This document shows positions 1 to 10,296 of a DNA stretch of 64,000 bases, in pieces. Made by a program: the position numbers and the translations under genes. This DNA is from Hyaloraphidium curvatum SAG 235-1 (Eukaryota > Fungi > Monoblepharomycota): contig JAIVFI010000004.1 of NCBI GenBank assembly GCA_025558095.1, forward strand, positions 744,001 through 808,000, written 5' to 3'. The notes under the pieces were generated by a model. It made no database searches and was not told the origin of the DNA. It was given only the letters and a program-made list of their open reading frames with translations. Positions within the stretch are counted from its first letter, which is position 1; each line of letters opens with the position of its first letter.

Positions 1-1064
1 TCGTCCACGGGACCGCAGCGTAGGTCGTCCCCGATGTAGCACAGCGCCGCCGAGTTGTTGGTCCTGCGGGGCCGAAATGTTCGCGATCGGAAATGCAGAA
101 GCCCTCGTGGGACTCACAAGGCGCAGTACTGGAGGGAGCGCGGGAAAGAGTCGCTGGAAATGACGCCGCCAAAGTTGTTGTTGACGAGCGAGCTGCGTTT
201 CGTGCGTGAGCCACGGTCGGCGGCCGGTGGGCAACATTGATTCCTCACAGGGCATGCAGGTTGGCCGGCAGCACGGGGATCGACCCCGTGAAGAGGTTGT
301 TGTTGATGTGCAGCGTCTCGAGGTTGTACAAGTCCGACAGATCCTTGATCTCGCCGTCCATGGAGGTGTCCTCGACAAAGAGGTACTTGAGGTTGACGTG
401 GCGGTGCACCCAGGCCGGGAAGGGGCCGTTGACCGCCTGCGGGCGGGGCGCGCCGGCGGCACGGCGCCCGAAGATGCGGAGGTACTCGAGGGAAGGCAGG
501 TACAGCCTGCGACGGAAACGATCAGCCCCGCGAGACGGACCGACATCATCCGACCCGCTCCCACCACTCGTAGTTGGCCAGCTGCCCCTCCCTGATCCCC
601 CACGATATCCCCGTCACCCTCCCCTCCCCGTCGCAATCGATCCTGATCTCGGGGTGCAGCGCCATGTTCTCCACCGCCCTCGGGCTGTACCCGCAGCACG
701 ACCCCGCCCTGCCGGGCTCCCAGTACTCCACCGCGCACGAGTGCCCGTCCGCGTCCTGCCGCCCGCCGGCCATGGCCAGCCGGTTGCGCCGGAACAGCGG
801 GACGGCGCCGGCGGAGAGGTACCGCTCCACGAGGCCGCAGTCGCCCTCGGACCACGAGAAGGTGGCGTTGGCGAGGCACCCGTCGGGGTCGTAGGGTGTC
901 AGCGAGTCAGGGGGGCCGGCCTGGCGGGGGGTGAGGGAGCGCCGGAAGAGCTCGACGTGCCGGCCCAGCTCCAGCGGCGGCGACGACATGGCCGCGGCGA
1001 GGACGGCGGCGGCGGCGACGGCGACGGCCGTGCGGAGCGGCCAGGAGGAGGTGCGGTCGGCCAT
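1..1064 (-). CDS. Secreted or surface leucine-rich-repeat protein (plant-type LRR); spliced; 3' end lies beyond the window start
   Basis: ATG at 1064 with hydrophobic leader (MADRTSSWPLRTAVAVAAAAVLAAA) and a Cys-rich cap (CDGEGRVTGISW). Downstream exons read YLPSLEYLRIFG..VNGPFPAW..NLKYLFVEDTSMDGEIKDLSDLYNLETLHINNNLFTGSIPVLPANL..SLVNNNFGGVI, matching the LxxLxLxxNxFxGxIP consensus. Confidence 0.75.
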
Positions 1065-1676
1065 ATCAGAGGGAGGTCGGGCGACCCGTGTTGGGGTCCG
1101 TTGTTTACTCGGCCGGTGGAGGGCGCGACCGCCGCTCTGCGGCGGGGCAAGCGCGGGGAACCGAGGGACCCTGCTCTCGGCAGAGCACGCGGAAGTTGTT
1201 CCCGCGCCCGGCGGGGCGGAATGGGTTCCGGCGTGGGATGGGGCAGCGCGAGATTCGGGGGCCCGGCGGATTTGGAGCCGCGCACGCCCCACGCCGGCCC
1301 AGAAGAAACATTGCGCACCAACACCGTCATTGAAGTAATGCTCGAATCGCAATGCAAAACAAGTATGCTTATTGTCTCCTGGCATAGAAGTTCAACCCCG
1401 ATCTTCCTCCGGAGTCGCACAGCTCCACCTTCGCCGCCGAGCACCTTGCGATCCCAAGACATGCATGGTGGCTCCGCTCCGTAGCCAAAAACCACCAGCT
1501 AGCCGCCCACAGTGTTATAGGGAGCTGGCGATGCATTTCTGCTGGAGCTCGAGTGGCTTGGCCACCGTCACGAGCGACCGGCCATCTTTGCTGGCCAGCC
1601 ATCAGCATGCTGAGCCCTACGAAGCGGCATACAAAACCACCCGAGCAAGCGTCCGGCCATCCTCCAAAGCGCAACC

Positions 1677-3002
1677 ATGCTCCCCCTGTACTCGAAGAAC
1701 GAGAAACAGCCGGCTTACTCGGCCTTCGGCGTTGTTCCTGAAGCTCCGAGGCGGCCGGCTTGCGAACGGCAGCGCGAGCGCCTCGCAAACATCTGGGGCC
1801 TGCGGGGCATCCACGGGGCAATGCTGGCGCTCTACGTGACCGCGACGCTGCTGGTTGTTGCATCCGGACTCGTGGTGCTCGCGTGGAGCGCATTCGTGTT
1901 TGCCGGCGGGGATGCAGCCCGGTCGCCGGCGGCCGCCTTCTCGTCCGCTCCGAAACTGTTGATCCCGCGGGACGGCACGACGACGCGGTTCCCCAATCCC
2001 TACCCGCGCCAGGCCAACGACTCCTACCCTACCGTCCTGGTGCTCACGCCGGTGAAGAACTCGGCGGAGCACCTCGGCCACTTCTTCTCGCTGCTGGAAA
2101 GCCTGGACTACCCCTCGGACCGCATCTCGATCGGCGTCTTGGACTCGGATTCGGACGACGTGCCGGATCTGGCAACCGCCTCGGCGCTCCTCTCGCAGGG
2201 GTACCGCCGCCCCGAGGTCCTGGGCACCTTCTCCCCCTCGCGTCAGCGCGAGTCGGGCATCTCCGGCACCCTCGCCTCCCTCCTCGCATCCGTCCCCCTC
2301 CTGCACACAGCGGGGTTCGGCACAGTGACCGTCGTCCGCCATGACTTCAACTACTCGCTCCCGCGGGACGCGCGCCACGACGAGGAGCTGCAGGGGGAAC
2401 GGAGGGCGGTGATGGCGCGGAGCAGGAACCACCTGCTTTCCTCGGCGCTGGGCGACGAGGAGTTTGTGCTGTGGATCGACTCGGACGTGTCGTACTTCCC
2501 GCGCGACGTGCTGCTGCGGCTGCTGGAGACGGGCAAGGACATCGTCGTGCCCCACTGCGTGATCGAATCCAACGGGAGCACATACGATCGCAACTCCTGT
2601 GCGTACTCGGACGGTTCTCGTGCATGCCGCAATGGTACTGACACGCCGTTTCCCTCGTTCGCAGGGAGAGCAGAAGGTGCGCCGGGCTCGAATGCAACTG
2701 CCGACGAGGTCCGCGACTACTGGGACGCACGGACCGCGCAGTCGCACCCTCAAGAGCTCTGGGTGGAGGGATACTACGAGACCGGCAACGTGCACCTGGA
2801 CGGGCTGCGCAACGAGACGCTGTCGCGGCTCGACGGCGTCGGCGGGGCGATGCTGCTCGTGCGGGCAGAACACCACAGGCAGGGCCTCGTGTTCCCGCCG
2901 TACGTGTACAGGGGACGGATAGAGACGGAGGGGTTGGCGATGGCGGCGATGGACATGGGGGTGCTGAGCTGGGGCCTGCCGAACTTGGAGATTGTTCACT
3001 AG
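1677..3002 (+). CDS. Anp1/Van1/Mnn9-family glycosyltransferase (GT62), type II membrane; intronless
   Basis: N-terminal TM segment. Motifs VLVLTPVKN, LDYPSDRISIG, RH..Q.ERRAVMARSRNHLL, VLWIDSDV (DxD), DIVVPHC, YDRNS, LDGVGGAMLLVRA, IETEGLA..A..MG...GLPNLEIVH. Confidence 0.9.
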   Translation: MLPLYSKNEKQPAYSAFGVVPEAPRRPACERQRERLANIWGLRGIHGAMLALYVTATLLVVASGLVVLAWSAFVFAGGDAARSPAAAFSSAPKLLIPRDGTTTRFPNPYPRQANDSYPTVLVLTPVKNSAEHLGHFFSLLESLDYPSDRISIGVLDSDSDDVPDLATASALLSQGYRRPEVLGTFSPSRQRESGISGTLASLLASVPLLHTAGFGTVTVVRHDFNYSLPRDARHDEELQGERRAVMARSRNHLLSSALGDEEFVLWIDSDVSYFPRDVLLRLLETGKDIVVPHCVIESNGSTYDRNSCAYSDGSRACRNGTDTPFPSFAGRAEGAPGSNATADEVRDYWDARTAQSHPQELWVEGYYETGNVHLDGLRNETLSRLDGVGGAMLLVRAEHHRQGLVFPPYVYRGRIETEGLAMAAMDMGVLSWGLPNLEIVH

Positions 3003-3189
3003 ACTGGAGACCTGCCCTAGATTCAATGTCAGTTCCTTTTGAATGTTCATTCTGGGAATCGCCTTGATGATCTTGACGAGCAGAGGCCACGGCACTTCCG
3101 GTTGTCCTGCGTTCGATGACTTGCTTCTTGGGGTCGGCCGTCCCGTTGCTGTAACATTGCAACTGTCGCCGTTCGGGAGGAATGCCGGC

Positions 3190-4188
3190 ATGGTTCCCTC
3201 ATCCTCGCGCCTCCGGACGCTCTCCTTAGCGCTGTGCGTCGTCGCGGTGCCTGCTTTCGTGCTTTGGCCCGGTTCGCGCGGCGGCGGCGCGGCCGGCGGG
3301 CCCGCGGTGCCCGTCGTGTTTGCCGCGGGCACGCTGGACCACTGCTCGGCCACGCTGCTCCTCGCCGTCGCTGCCACGGCCGGCGCGCCCGTCCACGCGC
3401 TGGTCGTGAATACGACCGTCCCGCGCGCGCTGCTGGACCGCATAGGGGAGCTGGGCGTGGAGTTCATCGACCGCTCGCGGCTGGAGCTTCCGCCATACTG
3501 GGAGTCCTTCAAGGGCTACTCCGGCGGATCCAAGCCCGAGTTTTTCGCGTGGCTCCGCGCGTCGGGGCACGACCGCGCGTGGTTCATGGAGGACGACGTG
3601 CTGTTCACGGGCCGCTGGCGTGCCCTGTTCGCCTCGTACGCGCACGACGACGCCGACATCCTGAGCTACTCGTGCGACTACCACCCCTCGCACTCGGCGC
3701 ACTGGGGCGCGGGGAACAACTGCCGGCTCCCCGGCGGCCGTCCGTGCGTGGACCCCGCCCTGCCGCGGAACCTGACCAAGATCCGCTGGCCCGTGATGCG
3801 GCTCTCGCGGCGGCTCGCGGATCTGGTCGCGGAGAAGCTGCAGGCCGGCGCGAGGGGCCACCACGAGGCGCTCACCGGCGCCGTGTGCGACGAGGATCCC
3901 GGCTGCCGCTCGGGGATCCTGGACGATTCGCACAGGGGGTTCGTGGAGCTGGGACATTGGGGCAGGTACTCGGGACCGCTTTCGCTGGAGCAGCTGGTAA
4001 ACGGGTCCGTGGAACCGGGCAAGCTGTACCATCCCGTGCGCTGCAGAGGGGAGCCGAGCCTGCCAGCGATTGCAATGAGCTACAGTGTTTCTCCACGGGA
4101 GGGGAGGTGGCGGACCAAAGACGACGAGCTGAACCAGGCCGTTGTTTCCGCTCACGGAGTGGCCAGTGGAAGTCGGGGCTATTGCTGA
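3190..4188 (+). CDS. Type II membrane putative glycosyltransferase (DUF3405-like); intronless
   Basis: ATG at 3190 followed by a signal anchor (LSLALCVVAVPAFVLW). Motifs HDRAWFMEDDVLFTGRW, RLSRRL, GHHEA and LYHPV recall DUF3405/GT-A-like proteins. Confidence 0.6.
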   Translation: MVPSSSRLRTLSLALCVVAVPAFVLWPGSRGGGAAGGPAVPVVFAAGTLDHCSATLLLAVAATAGAPVHALVVNTTVPRALLDRIGELGVEFIDRSRLELPPYWESFKGYSGGSKPEFFAWLRASGHDRAWFMEDDVLFTGRWRALFASYAHDDADILSYSCDYHPSHSAHWGAGNNCRLPGGRPCVDPALPRNLTKIRWPVMRLSRRLADLVAEKLQAGARGHHEALTGAVCDEDPGCRSGILDDSHRGFVELGHWGRYSGPLSLEQLVNGSVEPGKLYHPVRCRGEPSLPAIAMSYSVSPREGRWRTKDDELNQAVVSAHGVASGSRGYC

Positions 4189-4392
4189 GGGAAAGAACGG
4201 AAGGATTAGGATCCGCCTGTGAACCTTTGGCCATCGATACCCGGCTCTGACGCCGATTCGTTTCATCTTACACGGTCCTGTCTCCATGTCCGAGATAGAA
4301 TGCGCCTTTCGATTTCTATCGATTCGGTTTCAGGCAGCGTCTGTTGGCGTGAGCATTTCGCGGGACGGCCGTCGCCCAAATCAACCGCCAGG

Positions 4393-5337
4393 ATGCCAGT
4401 CTCGTGGCCCACACGGACGGCGGCGGCGGCCTTTTTGGCCCTGCTCGTCATCTATGCGTTGCCGGCGCGGGAGGACCGGCTGCCGGCGCCCCCGCCGCCC
4501 GCGGCGCTGCGGTTCGCGCCGGTGCCGGCCACACCGCCTGCTCCGCTCCCGCCGTCCCCGCCGCCCCCAACGCCTCCCCCGCCGCCTGCGCCCGCCATAA
4601 TCCCGTGCTCCTTCTCCGAACTCGCGAAGAGCGCCGCACCCGGCGCGTACCTCTGCCCCTGTTCCTGCAAAACCGCGACCGCCGACGAAATGAAGGACTT
4701 CAACGGCGGCAGGAAGCGCGTGTGCCCCGATTCCTCCATGGAGCGGCACCGCTTCAGCTGCGCATTCGTCTCCACGGCCGGCACCCTCCGCTCCGAGCCC
4801 AAGCGGATCCTGTACGTCGCCCCGCACGGCGTGGTGGTCAAGCACCTCCGCGCGCGCTTCCCCGGCGCCGAGATCGTCACGGGCTTCAAGCGCGTCAAGG
4901 GCTCGTACGCGCCGCCGGGCAAAAACAACCTGGACCTGGACGTCACGGACATGCACCAGATCGCGGACGCCTCGGTCGATTTTCTGATCTGCGAGCACGT
5001 CCTGGAGCACGTGCCCGACGACCGCAAGGCGATGCGGGAGCTCAGGAGGGTGCTTGCGCCGGGAGGCACCGCGCTGCTGTCGGCCCCCGTGCGGCACGAC
5101 AATGCGACCAGGGAGAACATCCCCGGGGCCGTGCCCGTCAGGGACTACGGACAGGAGGACCATTTGCGGTGGTACGGGCTGGACTTTTTCGCGCGGTTGG
5201 AGGAGGCGGGGTTCAAGGTGAGGGGGTTCAGGGTGGGGAGCTGGTACGCCGAGAACCATCCCGCCGTGCGGGGCATGGGGAACCCGGAGTACGACGTGGA
5301 CAACTCCGAGTACCTGACCATCTGCACCGCGGATTGA
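4393..5337 (+). CDS. Membrane-anchored class I SAM-dependent methyltransferase (Methyltransf_11-like); intronless
   Basis: Signal anchor, Pro-rich stem, then CPC..CP..SMERHR, ILYVAP, DLDVTDM, DASVDFLICEHVLEHVPDDRKAMRELRRVLAPGG and GQEDHLRWYG. Confidence 0.85.
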   Translation: MPVSWPTRTAAAAFLALLVIYALPAREDRLPAPPPPAALRFAPVPATPPAPLPPSPPPPTPPPPPAPAIIPCSFSELAKSAAPGAYLCPCSCKTATADEMKDFNGGRKRVCPDSSMERHRFSCAFVSTAGTLRSEPKRILYVAPHGVVVKHLRARFPGAEIVTGFKRVKGSYAPPGKNNLDLDVTDMHQIADASVDFLICEHVLEHVPDDRKAMRELRRVLAPGGTALLSAPVRHDNATRENIPGAVPVRDYGQEDHLRWYGLDFFARLEEAGFKVRGFRVGSWYAENHPAVRGMGNPEYDVDNSEYLTICTAD

Positions 5338-5338
5338 G

Positions 5339-5464
5339 CTCGGGAGGCGGCGTCGGAGGACGGCGTGGCTGGCGACGAGGTAGACGTGTGTATGCCGGAA
5401 CCTCGGGAGGCGGCGTCGGCGGACGGCGTGGCTGGCGACGAGGTTGACGTGTGTATGTCGGAAC
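5339..5464. repeat. Two-copy 63-bp tandem direct repeat just after the methyltransferase stop codon
   Basis: ctcgggaggcggcgtcgg(a/c)ggacggcgtggctggcgacgaggt(a/t)gacgtgtgtatg(c/t)cggaac at 5339-5401 and 5402-5464, three mismatches. Confidence 0.95.
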
Positions 5465-5560
5465 GAGAAGCAACAAGTCATATGGGTGACGCATAGGTTT
5501 GCCAAAAGAACAACCATTGTCGGGGCTATGTACATCGGGTCCCTTTCGGCGAACGCGCGG

Positions 5561-6427
5561 CTAGTAGTAGGCGTACCCGCTGCAAGTGTGCGGCCCGTAG
5601 TGCGAATCGAACGTCATGCCGCACCTCGTGCACACCCATGGATGTGTGTCTCCGTATCGTATCACGTTGTCGAACCTCCTGTTGGTGCCGTCGAGTACAT
5701 TCTGCCGGTACTGGTACGTGCTGTTGATGATGTTAGAAGTGCTGCGCCCGTAATCCGCTGCGATGCCGGAACGAAGGCCGGCGTGGTACGAGTTGTCCCC
5801 CTGGATCCCCAGGAAGCTGTTGATCGCCCTCCCCACCTCCCCGCGCAGTTGCTCGATCCTCCCCCTTAGCCTGGCCGCCGGCCTGCCCGAGGCCTCAATC
5901 ATCCCCGCTCGGGCGTCGAACGCATCGAGCTGGGACTGGAACGCCCGGCCCTCCTGCACCTGCGCCTGCGCGGCGAAGGAGCTCATGCCCATGCCGGAGC
6001 ATGCGGCCGTCATGCGGGCTTTGGCGGCCTGGTAGATGCTCTCGAGCTCGGCGAGCGCGGCGGACTCGGGGTCGGGGCCCATCTGCATCATCTGCGGCGG
6101 CGGGCCGAGGGGCATGAACGGCTGGCCGTAGGGCTGCGGGGCGTAGTTCATCGGCGGCCAGCCCTGCGGCGCGCCGGCGGGGGCGAAAGGTGCCATTGAA
6201 GGGAAGTCCTGTGCCGCGGCAGGCGCCGGGCCAAGAGGCATCTCGGTGCCGGGTCCGTCGACAAAGGCAAAGGGCGCCATGTGCTGCGCCAGCGCGAGCT
6301 CGGGGGCGTCGGCCGGCGGCGCGGGGGAGCGCCGCGGGGGGAGCGGCGGGGCCGGGTCGGCGGTGGCGCGGAACGGGTTGGACGCCGCGAGCGCGGCGGT
6401 GCTATGCGACTGTGTGCTTGCTGACAT
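5561..6427 (-). CDS. Hypothetical protein: Pro/Gln/Met-rich N-terminal half, helical middle, C-terminal Cys/His cluster
   Basis: 288-aa ATG ORF with coding-like GC3 bias, ending VCTRCGMTFDSHYGPHTC (possible zinc binding). Confidence 0.65.
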   Translation of the reverse strand: MSASTQSHSTAALAASNPFRATADPAPPLPPRRSPAPPADAPELALAQHMAPFAFVDGPGTEMPLGPAPAAAQDFPSMAPFAPAGAPQGWPPMNYAPQPYGQPFMPLGPPPQMMQMGPDPESAALAELESIYQAAKARMTAACSGMGMSSFAAQAQVQEGRAFQSQLDAFDARAGMIEASGRPAARLRGRIEQLRGEVGRAINSFLGIQGDNSYHAGLRSGIAADYGRSTSNIINSTYQYRQNVLDGTNRRFDNVIRYGDTHPWVCTRCGMTFDSHYGPHTCSGYAYY

Positions 6428-7211
6428 CTTTAGCGTGCAGACCGGAGGCTGCGCGCCTGCTTATGTGCTGTTTTGTGGAGCTGTGGTGGCTCTGGCGGTG
6501 CAGGTCGGTGTGATTCACTCGGAGTCATCCGGTCAGCCAGGTGCGTCCCAGGTGTCCCGAGGTCGCATCCGCGAGGGAAGATGGACAGAAATCCCCTCCG
6601 GAGTTGCTAAAGCACTGTCTCACACGAGATCTGGGTTCTCTTTGCGGAAACCAAACGTGCACTAGCGCACATCGATTGACAGTTCAAACTGCATCGCAAG
6701 TCTGCTAGTCCGACGCCGACAATACCGTTGCTTTTGACCTTGAGGCGACAATAGAACTGTACAAAAGGAAGATCTCATTGTCTTGTTACCGCTCAACTCG
6801 CTAGTGATTGGCCTGTCTGTTGGTGGAGCATTCGCTCAATGCCAAGGAGCCCGCAACTTGTCGGTGAACGAGCCAAATCTCTCGAGCTTTCTCTCCCGGA
6901 TAACGCAGCGTTTAATACAGCCCAGAGGGTGGGTGTCCTTGTAAGAACGAAGCCAGATGCACCCGAAAACGACATCCCTGAATCTCCTTCACCCATCACG
7001 TGCTAAGCAGCAATGTGTAGCTTTGCTTTCCCGTCTTCTCCTAGCTTTAGCTTCTTGCTCATGTGCTGTCGATTACGTTGCTGGATGAACTGAATGAAAA
7101 TGGAAAAAGTCGTGCAGCCATGACCGAGGCCGGCGCGATGGTGCGAGGACGTATCGGTGCGCGAGGACACCGCAAATGTCCTCACCCGGCCGCTAAACGA
7201 ACGAAAACTCC

Positions 7212-10028
7212 ATGCTAGCCGTGGCGCGCCGCGCAGCGGTGGCCGTGCGGATCATCGCGGCGGTCCTGCTGGTCCTCGTGGCCCTGGCGGTGCTGCCTTC
7301 AAGCGACCCGTGGGAACCGTCCGCGGCGCCAATTCGGACACCCGCGCCCGGCGTGCCGCAGCCCGCGCCGCCCGCAGTGGACGAGGATGACGCAGAGTCA
7401 CGCGCTGACGACGTGGGACGGGCGGAAACGCCGGAGGACGCGGCGGGGACGGTTCTCCTCGGGCGGGGCCCGCGGTCCCCACGAGCGGCGGCGCGTCTCC
7501 CGGCCGCGGACTGGCTGCGCTGTGCGACACCGGCTCAGGGCATCAAAACCATAGTGGAGGCGGCCTCCTGGACGGCCGAACCCGTTTTCGGCCGTGCAGT
7601 TGTGGACCCGCAGGCCAATGGTGGCCGAGGCGGCAACTGGACCAACTTCTGCCGCCACGGCGGCGCGCTCGTCAGCTTTCCGCTCACGAGCGGCAGTACA
7701 GGCACCGCCTGCGTATGCCCGCGGCGCACGGCGGGCGCCAGGTGCGAGCGGCTGCTGCCAATCGACCCAGGGCAGGCCGACGCCCTCGAGGCCGCGGAAA
7801 ACCCGGACTTTGGGACGGGGTTGGACGACGATATCCGCGCCGTAAAGGAGCGGGTCGTTTTGTGCGCGGGTTGCCCATTTTTTCTGGCACATGCCTTGGG
7901 CCAGGAGGCCGAGATGGTGGTCGCCACTGGCCACCGCGGCATCCTGCTCGAGAACGGCAGCTTCGTTTCCCTGGACGAGGATTTTCTGGCGGATCGGAAC
8001 CGATCGAGAAAGTTTTTCGTCATCGATGCCGGCTCGCCGGCAAACACGACCGTGTCGATGCCCACCTGGTTCAGATCCAACTCGACCCAGTTGGCATCCC
8101 TGCGGTCGGTCCTGGCGCGGCGGCGGGAGCCCGGATCCGGGTCGAACGGGGCCAGATCCAAGTGCTTGGGTTCGGCAACGGATGCGCTGCTGTGCTTGAT
8201 CGCTTGGGGAGATCCGCGGGGCGGGGGCGAGCTCAGGCTGCCCGCCGAGGACATTGCTGGGTGGACGGGTGCCAGCGCTGCGGGCCTGGAAAGCTACTAC
8301 CTGGGACTGAACGCAACCTGCTTGGGGAGCATGGCGGTCGAGGACGCTTCGCTTTACGGACCCTGGAACACGGAGAACGACGCCAGATATCTGCACGTGC
8401 TGTCCAACCACTTCCTCCGACCCCCACCCGCGCCGCCGAACTCGACCGACTTCCTCTACTGCATTTACGTAACCGAGTCCCGCATGACTTATGCCATGGA
8501 GGATTCGAAGCGCGCCTTGCTGCTCTTCTTGGACCTCCTTCCGAGCTACTACTCGCCGCTGAGGAACAAGTTCGCCATCCACGTTGACCTAAAGTCCAGC
8601 GCTTACTTCAGGCACTCGATCGAGCTCGCCGTCGAAGCACTGGCGACCGCAAACTCAAAAGCGGGTAGGAAGCGCAACATCTGGGTGGTGCCGGAGGACA
8701 TGTCCTTCCGCGGCGAATGGGGCGACGTTTCGCTGGTGTACATGGAGGCGTCGTGCTGGATCTTCGGCATGGTGGACACTTATGAGGAGCACGGAAGGAA
8801 GCTGGAGGGACCGCGCGGGGATTGGACTCACGTGATGAACCTCGCCGGGACGGATCTCGGCCTCTGGCCGGGGGAGCCTGTCGATGGGACCTGGTTGCGG
8901 GCGGTGCGGGAGGCCATGGTGCGCAACGGATCGTCGTGCATCCCCCTTGCGGGACCGGCCTCGAACGAGGAGCTCACATTTGTCGGCCTGGGGGTGTGGC
9001 AGCCAAAGTTTGTCGGCTGGCCGCTCGTGCACCGTTCTTCGCCCTCGGCGACGACGGTGACCCTGCCGGATCTGGACGCGTGGGAGCCTTGGGACCTCGG
9101 CCTGCTGATGGGGCGCTTCCACCGCGGCCCGGCGCTCCTCGTGGGGGAGAACGACGAGGTCTACGGACTGGGACCGCCGTCATACCAGTTTGGAGCCAAC
9201 ACCAGCACCTACATTTTCCGCGAGGCCACTAGGGAAGACGCCTTGCAGGCTGCCATGGCGAGGAGCGGCACGGGCGCGGGCCCCCGCCGCGCGTACCAGT
9301 TCCCGCCCCGGATGCGCGTCCTGCCTCCCCTGCGCACCAACCCGCCCTACGCGACCGCCATGTCGCAGTGGCACGTCCTCGGCCGGGACTTCGTGCAGAC
9401 GCTGCTCCGGGACCGCGAGATGCGCGCGCTGCTCCTCGGGGGCTGGCGCACCCGGCCCATCCCCGACGAGGGCTTCGTGACGACAGCCGCCATCTCGCTC
9501 GTCATGCGGCGCAAGATCGCCGCGCTGCTGTCCAACGGGACCGGCGACGGGCCGGGGGGCGAGCTGTGCGCCAGGACGCTAAAGTACTGGGACTGGAGCA
9601 GCGGCGCCCGGACGGGCGAGCCGAATGCGACGCTCCTCGAGCAGGTGCTGGCGGCCCGCAAGGCGTACTGGCGGCGCGACGATGGTGGCAAGTGGGTGCT
9701 CGACCTGGAGGCGGGCCGGGCGGCGGCCGGCCCGGTCCTGGCGAATGAGGCGGAGCGCGACATCTACAGGGGCGTCGGCGGGCTGCTATTGTCGCTTTCG
9801 GCGCGGAAGCTGTCGGATCCGCGGACCGCGTGCGAGATGGTGGAGCGGCTGACGGGCAGGAATGGGTCGTGCGCGGACCTGAACAAGAAAAGGGGCTCCG
9901 AAGGGGGCAGGGACGAGCTGAACTGCCGGAGGCTGGCCAATAGCATGGAGCTCGTGGGGCTGGACGCGGTGACGGCGAAGCAGGTGGCGCCGTGGGAGGG
10001 CTTCGCGGGCATGGCGTGCGCTGGGTGA
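7212..10028 (+). CDS. Type II membrane EGF-like + core-2/I-branching (GT14, xylosyltransferase-like) glycosyltransferase, paralog A; intronless
   Basis: Signal anchor; EGF-like CRHGG...CVCPRRTAGARCE; GT14 motifs FAIHVDLKS, WGDVSLV, WTHVMNLAGTD, SQWHVLGRDFV, PDEGFVTT. Collinear paralog at 32478-35255. Confidence 0.8.
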   Translation: MLAVARRAAVAVRIIAAVLLVLVALAVLPSSDPWEPSAAPIRTPAPGVPQPAPPAVDEDDAESRADDVGRAETPEDAAGTVLLGRGPRSPRAAARLPAADWLRCATPAQGIKTIVEAASWTAEPVFGRAVVDPQANGGRGGNWTNFCRHGGALVSFPLTSGSTGTACVCPRRTAGARCERLLPIDPGQADALEAAENPDFGTGLDDDIRAVKERVVLCAGCPFFLAHALGQEAEMVVATGHRGILLENGSFVSLDEDFLADRNRSRKFFVIDAGSPANTTVSMPTWFRSNSTQLASLRSVLARRREPGSGSNGARSKCLGSATDALLCLIAWGDPRGGGELRLPAEDIAGWTGASAAGLESYYLGLNATCLGSMAVEDASLYGPWNTENDARYLHVLSNHFLRPPPAPPNSTDFLYCIYVTESRMTYAMEDSKRALLLFLDLLPSYYSPLRNKFAIHVDLKSSAYFRHSIELAVEALATANSKAGRKRNIWVVPEDMSFRGEWGDVSLVYMEASCWIFGMVDTYEEHGRKLEGPRGDWTHVMNLAGTDLGLWPGEPVDGTWLRAVREAMVRNGSSCIPLAGPASNEELTFVGLGVWQPKFVGWPLVHRSSPSATTVTLPDLDAWEPWDLGLLMGRFHRGPALLVGENDEVYGLGPPSYQFGANTSTYIFREATREDALQAAMARSGTGAGPRRAYQFPPRMRVLPPLRTNPPYATAMSQWHVLGRDFVQTLLRDREMRALLLGGWRTRPIPDEGFVTTAAISLVMRRKIAALLSNGTGDGPGGELCARTLKYWDWSSGARTGEPNATLLEQVLAARKAYWRRDDGGKWVLDLEAGRAAAGPVLANEAERDIYRGVGGLLLSLSARKLSDPRTACEMVERLTGRNGSCADLNKKRGSEGGRDELNCRRLANSMELVGLDAVTAKQVAPWEGFAGMACAG

Positions 10029-10296
10029 CCCGTCGTTGCTTGACGTGATACTCTTATACAAGGCTTTCATCTGCCTCGTTCCGCAGCGTTGCCCTTCACG
10101 TCTGCCACCGGCACCTCGGCCGCAGTGGATGCACGTCCCGCAAGTCCGCAAATCACTGGGCATCCGATCGTCGTAGCAGGACAAGAACATCAGTCTGCCT
10201 CTGTGAAGAAGTGCTACCTTCTTTCGTCTATAGCTCGGGGACCGCGAAATGCCAATCGCTCGGCATCCGTCGGCGGCTGGCGTCCTGCACCGCCGC

